A DNA stretch of 20,214 bases. Origin: Candidatus Thorarchaeota archaeon (GTDB taxonomy: Archaea > Asgardarchaeota > Thorarchaeia > Thorarchaeales > Thorarchaeaceae). The stretch lies in assembly GCA_038893995.1 (NCBI GenBank), contig JAWAQK010000045.1:1-20214 (forward strand), in the 5' to 3' direction. This document shows, piece by piece, positions 1-7,326 of the stretch (positions within the stretch are counted from its first letter, which is position 1; each line of letters starts with the position of its first letter). The notes beneath the pieces are model-generated. The model did not search any database. It was not told the DNA's origin and worked only from the letters and a program-made list of their open reading frames with translations. Both the position numbers and the translations under genes were made by a program.

Positions 1-8
1 GCTATCTC

Positions 9-671
9 ATGATGCTCACCAAATTGATGCGGGGGGACTCCGGGGAGCGAGACACGAGCTGGGATGTTGACAGTGAGAGTGCACGAGCACTCCAGCGGCT
101 CCTGAACGACCAGGAGGGGCTTGAGGACGTGAGGGTACGGGGTGTGAGCCCGAGGTCGGATGAAGAACCTAGTCTGCTCATCACCAGGGAAAGCTTGGCA
201 GGGGAGAGAGAGGCTGTTGTCGTCCCAACCGCTGTGGTCAGAGACCTGCACGATATTGACGCCATTGCACCGATTGTTCTCGCTGAGCTAAAGTCCCAGG
301 AGATTCATGAGAGGGAGATTAGTCGTAAGAAATACCATGTGGTAGTTCTTGTCTCACTGACGATAGTCAGTTGCCTGCTCATGTTTAGTGGCTCCCTGGA
401 ATTCTTTGTCTTGTCTCTAGTCACGTTGTTTGTCGTCGTTCCGACCATTGGCATTGTAGCTGGCAAACAGCTATCTAGTAGAGTGAAAGACCTCACCAGG
501 GAGGCAGATGTGGGCATTGCAGACAGGTTTCCAAAGTACAGAGAGGCCCTGAGAACTCTGGTTGAGAAGGGGCACATGTGTTTCGGGGATGGCATATCAT
601 CCCGTACGAGGCTCAGATGGTTGGATGATCATTGCAGTGGAATAGAAACGGAGAACAGTGGAGAGGAGTGA
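9..671 (+). CDS. Membrane protein, degenerate M48/HtpX-like peptidase fold lacking HExxH; may start upstream of the window
   Basis: 220-aa ORF whose frame is open to the window edge. VVVPTAVVRDLHDIDAIAPIVLAELKSQE resembles the M48 segment ending in avlaHElgH, followed by two TM helices, then READ...ALRTL...RTRLRWL, resembling the M48 C-terminal E-x-x-AD...AL...R-I-x-x-L pattern. Confidence 0.55.
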   Translation: MMLTKLMRGDSGERDTSWDVDSESARALQRLLNDQEGLEDVRVRGVSPRSDEEPSLLITRESLAGEREAVVVPTAVVRDLHDIDAIAPIVLAELKSQEIHEREISRKKYHVVVLVSLTIVSCLLMFSGSLEFFVLSLVTLFVVVPTIGIVAGKQLSSRVKDLTREADVGIADRFPKYREALRTLVEKGHMCFGDGISSRTRLRWLDDHCSGIETENSGEE

Positions 672-699
672 TATCGGACGGATAAAGCCATGCAGAACT

Positions 700-918
700 G
701 GGGGGTCAAGCCATACGTCCTTGGCCTGTCGGGCCACCCACTCGTACCCTGATGACACAGCCGGTTGTGCGTCCGACTACCAGCTATCAGGGGGGAATGC
801 TCTAAAGGCTCTCATCACACTCCATCGATCTCGTTGACCTACTATTGGGCCTCAAAGGTTGGCCCTTGGAGTCCTGACGTCTCAGGTCAATACATCTGGT
901 CAGTGCGACATTGACACC
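700..918 (-). ncRNA. Candidate stand-alone structured ncRNA containing a K-turn/K-loop
   Basis: Intergenic stretch with no listed ORF and at least 5 helices, several with G-U pairs only on the minus strand; K-turn geometry at 794-823; TATA-like TATATAT at 950-944 about 26-32 nt upstream of 918. Confidence 0.5.
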
Positions 919-942
919 ATGATCCTCTGTCGGAGCTAAGGT

Positions 943-950
943 CATATATA
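943..950 (-). promoter_or_regulatory. TATA-box-like element (TATATATG on the minus strand)
   Basis: Clearest TA-run in this intergenic region; spacing fits a start at about 918-922 on the minus strand. It is too close to ATG 956 to serve that start. Confidence 0.45.
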
Positions 951-1039
951 CCACAATGGTATATGCTGAAACGACGCACGGGTCTGACAGGCCACGTCAC
1001 GAACGTGAATCACCTGGAGATCTTGTGGAGGACCTCATA

Positions 1040-1333
1040 GTGCTGCCAAGAAGAAAGAGGATCATTGAGATGCTCGAACAGGCCGAAAGGCCCTTGAATG
1101 CTCGAGAGATATGCGACAGACTTGGACTGACGGATGTGAACGATGTATACGCGGACATGCATCACATATCAAGGACCCTGAAGAGCGAGGGGAGGAGGTT
1201 GCTGTTGAAACCTGCGTCCTGCAACAAGTGCGGATACCTGTTCAAGACTCGTGCCGTGGCCAGCAAGCCAGCCAGATGTCCAAAATGCCGTTCTGAGTGG
1301 TTGAGTCCACCGGCGTTTCTCATCGAGAAGTAG
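1040..1333 (+). CDS. Winged-HTH plus Zn-ribbon protein (COG3357/PF0610-like predicted transcriptional regulator)
   Basis: RRKRIIEML...AREI...VYADMHHISRTL helix-turn-helix, then P-A-S-CNKCGYLF...KPARCPKCRSEW. Likely start GTG 1040 after GGAGG (1027-1031); the ORF track start at 956 is probably too long. Confidence 0.85.
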   Translation: MLPRRKRIIEMLEQAERPLNAREICDRLGLTDVNDVYADMHHISRTLKSEGRRLLLKPASCNKCGYLFKTRAVASKPARCPKCRSEWLSPPAFLIEK

Positions 1334-1345
1334 ACCGGTATGAGG

Positions 1346-1651
1346 TCAGTCAAGAGGAATACGTCGTCGAAGGTCGGCGTTCTGGTGTTTGAACACACTC
1401 ACATGGCTGACGGTGAAGTCCGAGAGACCTGTTTCTGCCTTCTCCACCAGTCCATGTATGATGACTCCCATACCGATGCGAGGAAAGAACTCACATCTCT
1501 GAAGCACGGTTGCGGGTAAATAGACATCGTATGTTGACCCGGAGGACTCGTCCTGTACAACGATCAACGTCGAGCCATACCATTTCCCATGTCCAACTCG
1601 TGTGGTGAAGCTGCGCCCGATTTCCCTGATGACTCCTCTGATAACGGTCAC
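1346..1651 (-). CDS. Small single OB-fold protein (putative nucleic-acid binding)
   Basis: 101 aa with OB-like strand pattern: VIRGVIREI...TLIVVQDESSG-YDVYL...PRIGMGVIIHGLVE...VSHV. Its GTG start overlaps the upstream TGA (GTGA, 1651-1648), with GGAG upstream. Confidence 0.65.
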   Translation of the reverse strand: MTVIRGVIREIGRSFTTRVGHGKWYGSTLIVVQDESSGSTYDVYLPATVLQRCEFFPRIGMGVIIHGLVEKAETGLSDFTVSHVSVFKHQNADLRRRIPLD

Positions 1652-2913
1652 GTAGTCGACTCCTCCGTTATTCGTACTGTACCATAGCGTCCTCCGCCAC
1701 CCGCCTGATACTCAAGTCGTCCGAGTCTATAAGCACGAACCAACCTGTGAACATCCGTGTCCACCTTGCAGATCTGATCCAGCGGCGCATCCACCAGTAT
1801 CTTCACCTCGTTGCCAAAGACATCCAACAGCTGTCTGTACCTGCGCCAGACCGTGGATGGAGTTGATCCTGGTAGGGATGACAGCAGGTCCAGCAGGGGA
1901 GGCATGTGGATGTATGGTGGACGATGTCGTGGCGACCTGCTCTCGCGTCCTCCGATGAGCTGGACCCGGTCATTCACGCCCAGCCGTAGGTGTCTTCCGC
2001 ATGCGGGACATATCACTGCTCTCTGTTGGATGTTCCGTAGCAACTTGAGCTTTGCATTGCGGTCAGGTACATTGATGTATATGTTGAGATCATCAAAGGT
2101 CGGGGAAGAGACCCCCTGGCCTATCACCAGCGTCCGGCGACACGAACTGCAGAAAGACAGAAAGTACTTGCCAAGCCGTGGATCGAGGCCGACATTCAGG
2201 GTGGGACAACGGCCCGATTCTCGACGGAGCGCCCTGGCGACCTCCTCGAAAGTCGGGTGTTCCACCCTGAGACGTACGAACTCTCTCCCCAACCTGTTTG
2301 GACTTGGAGAGTGAGCATCGCTGGAGCAGATAAAACTGACTCGCTCCAGCTCGGGTATATGATCAGCCATCTCGGTATCTGCAGAGAGGCCGAGTTCAAG
2401 GAAGTGCACATGATCGCTCTCGTCGCCATAGCAGGCTGACAGTGATGTGTACTTCCCCTCTCGGAAAAGTGACTTGTAGGGCGTGAAGGCGTGGGCCGGG
2501 CCTATCAGGGCTCCAAGGTCTCGACAGATCCCTGCAAGCTGTTCAGCCCCAAGACCGACCCTGGGACGACCGCCCCACCTGCCATCAATATTGTCTGAGT
2601 ACGGTCGGAGGACACTTCTCAGTCGCGACACCGTTTCGAAGTCCGGAATGATGATGACATGGTGAATGGACTCCGTGTCCTCAATCTCAGTCGTGAGGAC
2701 AAAGCTGACATCACCGTACAGATAGCCATCCTCGGATGACCTGAGATGTGCCTCCAAGTACTTTCCCCAGTCTGGCTGAAGCGCATCACCGGTCCCGACC
2801 AGTCCGATGCCCTTGTGCCGAGCCCCAAGAGATATTCGGTCCAGAGTCATCAACTTACTGACGCCCAGGGAGTATGGGGAATGTAGGTGAAGGTCTGCAT
2901 TGATCTCTAACAT
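1648..2913 (-). CDS. endoQ: Endonuclease Q family protein (PHP domain plus Zn-binding domain; TIGR00375-like)
   Basis: ADLHLHSPYS, KGIGLVGTGD, IGPAHAFTPY, LELGLSAD, SDAHSP..RLGRE, GLDPRLGKY, CxxC...CPACG..LGV.DRV, RPPYIH and terminal GGGGRYG: the motif series of archaeal EndoQ. Confidence 0.88.
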   Translation of the reverse strand: MLEINADLHLHSPYSLGVSKLMTLDRISLGARHKGIGLVGTGDALQPDWGKYLEAHLRSSEDGYLYGDVSFVLTTEIEDTESIHHVIIIPDFETVSRLRSVLRPYSDNIDGRWGGRPRVGLGAEQLAGICRDLGALIGPAHAFTPYKSLFREGKYTSLSACYGDESDHVHFLELGLSADTEMADHIPELERVSFICSSDAHSPSPNRLGREFVRLRVEHPTFEEVARALRRESGRCPTLNVGLDPRLGKYFLSFCSSCRRTLVIGQGVSSPTFDDLNIYINVPDRNAKLKLLRNIQQRAVICPACGRHLRLGVNDRVQLIGGRESRSPRHRPPYIHMPPLLDLLSSLPGSTPSTVWRRYRQLLDVFGNEVKILVDAPLDQICKVDTDVHRLVRAYRLGRLEYQAGGGGRYGTVRITEESTT

Positions 2914-2922
2914 TGTTTTACC

Positions 2923-3921
2923 TCATACCACAATCACTACCTTATGAGAGTCGGTACGGTCAGCATACTCAAAGGCCTCATTACCTTTCTCCAGGGGAAA
3001 GACAGAGCCGATCAGACGTTTGACCTCGATCCTGCCTCTGTTGATCATCTCGATGGCAGGCTCAAGCGGACCGTGTCGAGCGGCAGTCACATGAATCTCC
3101 TTATCCAGGATTGGGAGTGATGATATCTGCACCTTCATGAGGTCCTCATGGACCAGACCCACGTGACCCCGCATGCTGACCGCATCCAGTGCAGCACTGA
3201 TGCCTGCTGGCGTTCCTGTGGACTCCAGCACAATCTCACAACCATGCTGACCCACAACGCCCCTCACTGTTTCAGCACACTCACTGAGAGGCGTGTTCAC
3301 CGTGTTGATGAAACCCAGTTGCCGGGCCAATCCGATCTGCCGAATGCTTGGACTCGCTACGATAACGTCTGCTCCGCGGGCCTCACAGACCTGAGCAGCC
3401 AAGAGACCGACTGTGTTTGCCCCTATCACGAGGACCTTCTGACCGTCACTCATTGCAAGCCGACTGACCAGCGCGATTACCGAGGCCAGTGGGACGGCAA
3501 ACACAGCGGCATCGGAGCTGACACGCTCAGGAAGACGTCGCACATTCTCGCTGGGAACGACCACATACTCAGCCATGGCTCCATCGACGTCAATTCCAAT
3601 TCTCTTTCGTCGGACGCACATGTCACTCAGATTCCTGCGACAGTAGTAGCAGGTGCCACACGAGATGTCCATGTTCACTGTGACGAACTCCCCGGCGGAC
3701 TGGCTCGGGTCTGTGCTCTCGTCAACGATGCCCGCAACTTCATGACCCGGAACCAGTGGAAGTGGAACCTCAGCATCTCCACGCCACATTATCAGGTCCG
3801 AGGTGCTGATGCCAACATGGCGGACTGCAATCCTGACCTCTCCTGGCTTTAGCGGAGGAATCTCGGTGTCTGCGATCCGAAGACCACTCTGCGTCAAGAC
3901 GAGCGACCTGATACAGCTCAC
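2923..3921 (-). CDS. Zn-dependent medium-chain dehydrogenase (threonine/sorbitol dehydrogenase-like) with altered catalytic residues
   Basis: PGEVRI, PLVPGHEVAG, structural Zn CGTCYYC..C, DGAMAEYV, Rossmann domain, C-terminal KVVI. Catalytic Cys is replaced by Ser (GISTSD). Confidence 0.85.
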   Translation of the reverse strand: MSCIRSLVLTQSGLRIADTEIPPLKPGEVRIAVRHVGISTSDLIMWRGDAEVPLPLVPGHEVAGIVDESTDPSQSAGEFVTVNMDISCGTCYYCRRNLSDMCVRRKRIGIDVDGAMAEYVVVPSENVRRLPERVSSDAAVFAVPLASVIALVSRLAMSDGQKVLVIGANTVGLLAAQVCEARGADVIVASPSIRQIGLARQLGFINTVNTPLSECAETVRGVVGQHGCEIVLESTGTPAGISAALDAVSMRGHVGLVHEDLMKVQISSLPILDKEIHVTAARHGPLEPAIEMINRGRIEVKRLIGSVFPLEKGNEAFEYADRTDSHKVVIVV

Positions 3922-4239
3922 CCCATCATGGTCAAACTGCAGACTGGGAAATAAACATGGGTACCTCTACCAATGACCGTGATCAATACTGGAGGCTGTT
4001 ACTCAGGGTTGTAGTCACTGAGGCTCATGCATCACTCATGGTCCCACAAAGAACAAGCCCGTGGAAACTGGGATTCTCGGGGATCGGCTGAGCGGGAGTA
4101 CGTTGGATGGCGGCCAATGTCCAACGACAGACTCAACACGATAAGTAGCCATCCGCCCGACGAACTGATACGTGAACAAAGGATTGAAGTACATTTGCCT
4201 GGCTAGAGGCGACTGATGACTCTACCTCGAGGTGACAGG

Positions 4240-5136
4240 ATGCAGACCGCGATAGTCAACAGGAGACTTCAGAGGTCCGAGGTAGACCTGTGGCGCTCCG
4301 TCCCCGGAGACCGACCTGATTTTCCTAAGAACGACACGGCGTGGGCAATCGAAGATGCCTTTCTAGAGAGCGACGACAGCATCGCGTATCTTGCATCTCT
4401 CAACGACAGGCCCATCGGAGCAACGGCCATTCATCGGTACCGGATGGGCCAGAGCGTGGGGCTCGTGGTAGCCCGTGTGACGCCCGAGTTCAGACAACGT
4501 CTGGTCGGTACCGTGATAAGGTCTTCACTACCGTTCTTCAGGTCCTCCTCGATAAGAGAGATCGATGCGCTCGTTGCATGTGAGGGAGACGAGTGCATGG
4601 AGTTCCCCCACGGGTTTGAGATTGCACCGTTCGCTCTGGAGACCATGACCAAGATGGGCTTCAGTAGGCGCGGAGAGATGTACTCCTGCACTATCGATCG
4701 AGTCAAGATCCCACAGGAGATGTCAGCGGAGAGACTCGAGAGCGTGGAGATCACACCGGATAGCGCCAGGGAGATCGTTCTGCGCAACCGCGACAAGACG
4801 GACCTCCACGGGGCCGTAAACGACTCTGCACTGAGTATTGCCGCCAGGCTAGGTCGACTGCGGGCCATCAGATGCGGTGATGGTTCGACGGTAGTGATCG
4901 GGCTCTATGTGTACGGTGACACTGCTAGGATCGATGTGATGGACACGGACGACCACCGCCTCGAGGGAACAGCACTTGGCGAGATTCTTGTCTCGATGCT
5001 ACGCGGCACGGACATAGGTCGTATCATGATGCCGGTGATCTACGAGCGTCAGATTCCTACCGCAGAGGCTGTCGCAAGCGCGACCGGTGGCTCGATATCT
5101 CTCAGACCTCTAAGTGTGATGAAGAAGGAGATCTAA
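4240..5136 (+). CDS. Hypothetical protein, probable tandem GNAT-like fold
   Basis: YLASLNDRPIGATAI...VARVTPEFRQR and MTKMGF resemble GNAT elements; the second half has a similar beta/alpha pattern. ATG 4240 follows GAGGTGA; the ORF opens at 4216. Confidence 0.55.
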   Translation: MQTAIVNRRLQRSEVDLWRSVPGDRPDFPKNDTAWAIEDAFLESDDSIAYLASLNDRPIGATAIHRYRMGQSVGLVVARVTPEFRQRLVGTVIRSSLPFFRSSSIREIDALVACEGDECMEFPHGFEIAPFALETMTKMGFSRRGEMYSCTIDRVKIPQEMSAERLESVEITPDSAREIVLRNRDKTDLHGAVNDSALSIAARLGRLRAIRCGDGSTVVIGLYVYGDTARIDVMDTDDHRLEGTALGEILVSMLRGTDIGRIMMPVIYERQIPTAEAVASATGGSISLRPLSVMKKEI

Positions 5137-5144
5137 GGATACCG

Positions 5145-6140
5145 ATGGTCGAAACAGTCAGTGTCAGCAGTACAGGCAATGGTCTCAGATTGGAGCATGG
5201 GCGTGTCAGACTGGGGCTCGACACCACGGTGGAAGGCGCAGTGACACTACTGTCACATGCCCATACCGACCATCTGGATCTCGAGGAGGGTACACGAGTG
5301 CTGACTACTGCGGCGACTGTCGATGTCATGAAGGCGAGGAGTGTCGACCTCGAACTAGAAATCGAGACAGTGGAATGTGGGAGGACCGTTGCATTGGACG
5401 GTTGCACAGTGACCGCCCTCAATGCAGGCCACGTGCTCGGCTCCGTCATGTTCCTGATCGAGTTCGATTCCGGTAGGTCCGTGCTCTTTACAGGCGACTT
5501 CAATGTTGTTGACAGCATCGTGCACCAGGCCGCAATACCGGTCAGCGCCGATGTCCTTGTCACTGAGGCCACCTACGGTACGCCCAGCCATGTATTCCCG
5601 CCCAGAACCCTCACTCACAGACGCATCGTTGAATTGGCGCGCAGTGCTGTCGAACAGGAACGGGTGATGTTGCTCAGGGCCTACTCCCTTGGAAAGGCAC
5701 AGGAAACCATCGCGTTGCTCCGCAGTGCGGGGATCCCAGTAGTCTCAGGGAACCATGTGATTGACAGTGTCTGCGAGGTATATCGCAGACACGGAGTTCC
5801 ACTCGAGTTCCTGTCTCTGGAAGATGACTCAGTGGGGGATGTCCTTGCGAGAGGGTGCGGGTTGGTGTCATCGTCGCCGAAGAACACGTATCATAACCTC
5901 GTTGGAGCCCTGGGAGAACAGAATGCCGAACAAATCTGGGAGAGGACTGACAGATACGAACTGACAGGCTGGAACGACGATAGTTCAACCATACCGCTGA
6001 GCGGGCATGCCGACTTTCCGGGGCTGGTCGGCTTTGTGAGAGGCGTCGACCCTAGAGTCGTCTATGCTTTCACTAGCAATGCAGAATGCTTTGCAGACCA
6101 TCTTAGGAGAATCGGTATGAATGCAGTTGCCATAGGGTAG
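5145..6140 (+). CDS. Metallo-beta-lactamase fold beta-CASP nuclease (COG1236-like)
   Basis: SHAHTDH, AGHVLGS, FTGDF, TEATYG, AYSLGKAQE and SGHADF motifs. Confidence 0.88.
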   Translation: MVETVSVSSTGNGLRLEHGRVRLGLDTTVEGAVTLLSHAHTDHLDLEEGTRVLTTAATVDVMKARSVDLELEIETVECGRTVALDGCTVTALNAGHVLGSVMFLIEFDSGRSVLFTGDFNVVDSIVHQAAIPVSADVLVTEATYGTPSHVFPPRTLTHRRIVELARSAVEQERVMLLRAYSLGKAQETIALLRSAGIPVVSGNHVIDSVCEVYRRHGVPLEFLSLEDDSVGDVLARGCGLVSSSPKNTYHNLVGALGEQNAEQIWERTDRYELTGWNDDSSTIPLSGHADFPGLVGFVRGVDPRVVYAFTSNAECFADHLRRIGMNAVAIG

Positions 6141-6686
6141 GTGATACCAGTGGAGTCGTGGGAGGATAGTCTCGTGGAGCCGACCCATGCAGAGGCATTC
6201 TTCTCTGTATCAAGCACAGGGGAGATCCACGAGAGGTTGAGTTATGACTATGTGGACGAGGGAGGATACTATCGGAGGGTCCTCTCCGACCAGGAGCTAC
6301 TGGATGCTGAGATAACCAAGCTGTCCACAAACATGCAGAGGATATTGGATGCTGAGAGGGTCGAGATCAACGGACGTAGGACGATGTCAGACGTCGAATA
6401 CGTGGATATCATCATGCGGGACGCCCGTTCACTCGTCTCGGCAATCTTCCTGATCGACTTCTGCGGGCAGTTCGAGAGAATAAACAGGATCGAGACCTGG
6501 ATCGAGGAGGAGGAAGCTCCATATGACTTCGAGATATTCTGGAGGTTCCCACGTGGCACAAGACTGCTCGAAGTACATACCCAACTAGAATATGACAATC
6601 ATGGTGACATCCTGAGCCTTTGGGCATCGACCGGCGATCGTGTCGGCGGGTACGAGAGATTAGTCTTCGAGCTCCCAGAGCGATGA
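6141..6686 (+). CDS. Acidic hypothetical protein
   Basis: 181-aa ORF directly abutting the nuclease stop, followed by an RBS for the next gene. An alternative start is GTG 6174 after GGAGG. Confidence 0.75.
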   Translation: MIPVESWEDSLVEPTHAEAFFSVSSTGEIHERLSYDYVDEGGYYRRVLSDQELLDAEITKLSTNMQRILDAERVEINGRRTMSDVEYVDIIMRDARSLVSAIFLIDFCGQFERINRIETWIEEEEAPYDFEIFWRFPRGTRLLEVHTQLEYDNHGDILSLWASTGDRVGGYERLVFELPER

Positions 6687-6693
6687 CGAGGAG

Positions 6694-6954
6694 GTGGTCG
6701 GTACATTGAGTACGCAGCTTGCACTACTTGGCATGCTCCTGATATTCTTTGGAATCATGCTCATCATGATAGCTCAGTTGTCAAAGCTGTGGCCCACTCA
6801 TGACGACGAGACACAGCAGAGGATCGAGAGTAGGGGTATCATACTCATAGGGCCAATACCCATAGTGTGGGGTTTTGGAAGACGGGGAAAGCTCATCTCC
6901 ATACTACTGTTCGTGGCCGTGTTGGCGATCACGCTCATTCTGATATTGGCTTAG
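6694..6954 (+). CDS. DUF131 / TIGR00304 family small membrane protein
   Basis: Two TM helices flanking the signature GIILIGPIPIVWG. TTG 6706 after GGAGGTG is a plausible true start. Confidence 0.85.
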   Translation: MVGTLSTQLALLGMLLIFFGIMLIMIAQLSKLWPTHDDETQQRIESRGIILIGPIPIVWGFGRRGKLISILLFVAVLAITLILILA

Positions 6955-7207
6955 AGGACCACCCGCACTCTGGACAGATACTTGCACCTGGAATAGTCCG
7001 GACAATCTTGCCGTTAGTGAGACACTCAGGACATATGTTCAGTGGAGAACGACACACGGGACAATGAATCCTACGGTTCAGGTCTCGGATACAGGTTATG
7101 GTGCCGCAAGAGTGACAACGGACTGCGTGATCGTGACAGAACTCGTTCCTGCAACGGTCGCATTTCACCTTTGACTTGGCCCCGCATACGGCACACATCC
7201 TGACCAT
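6935..7207 (-). CDS. Small multi-Zn-finger protein (14 Cys in 90 aa)
   Basis: Six CxxC pairs plus CxxH and CxxD; GGGTGTGA upstream; overlaps the DUF131 gene convergently by 20 nt. Confidence 0.8.
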   Translation of the reverse strand: MVRMCAVCGAKSKVKCDRCRNEFCHDHAVRCHSCGTITCIRDLNRRIHCPVCRSPLNICPECLTNGKIVRTIPGASICPECGWSSKPISE

Positions 7208-7326
7208 AGGTCACACCCGAGCCTACACACATCCATCACTTACATAAGTCTATGCCTGTCGCTCATGTTACCCACGCATCACAAGGACACTTAGGCGCCT
7301 AAGACGAGCCTTGTATCCGTGATCCG

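Noticed and set aside
700-918. RNase P, SRP, 5S rRNA, U3-like, hammerhead or SAM-I identity for the structured region
   Set aside because: Only short chance resemblances (GCCATA..CGTACCC, CTGATGA, GGATCAT, TGGCCCGA). The diagnostic cores (GAGGAAAGUCC, SRP helix 8, hammerhead GAAA, SAM-I GCAACC) are absent.
956-1039. N-terminal extension of the wHTH protein from ATG 956
   Set aside because: The family-like sequence begins at xxRRKRI; GTG 1040 has a GGAGG RBS.
3148-3852. 234-aa plus-strand ORF and other long antisense ORFs (1811-2314, 8727-9284, 10278-10850, 12556-13104, 13194-13898, 13423-14004)
   Set aside because: They lie opposite well-supported genes and have no recognisable motifs; typical shadow ORFs.
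4056-4076. GCCCGTGGAAACTGGGATT resembling a 16S rRNA helix
   Set aside because: Too short, with no flanking rRNA similarity.
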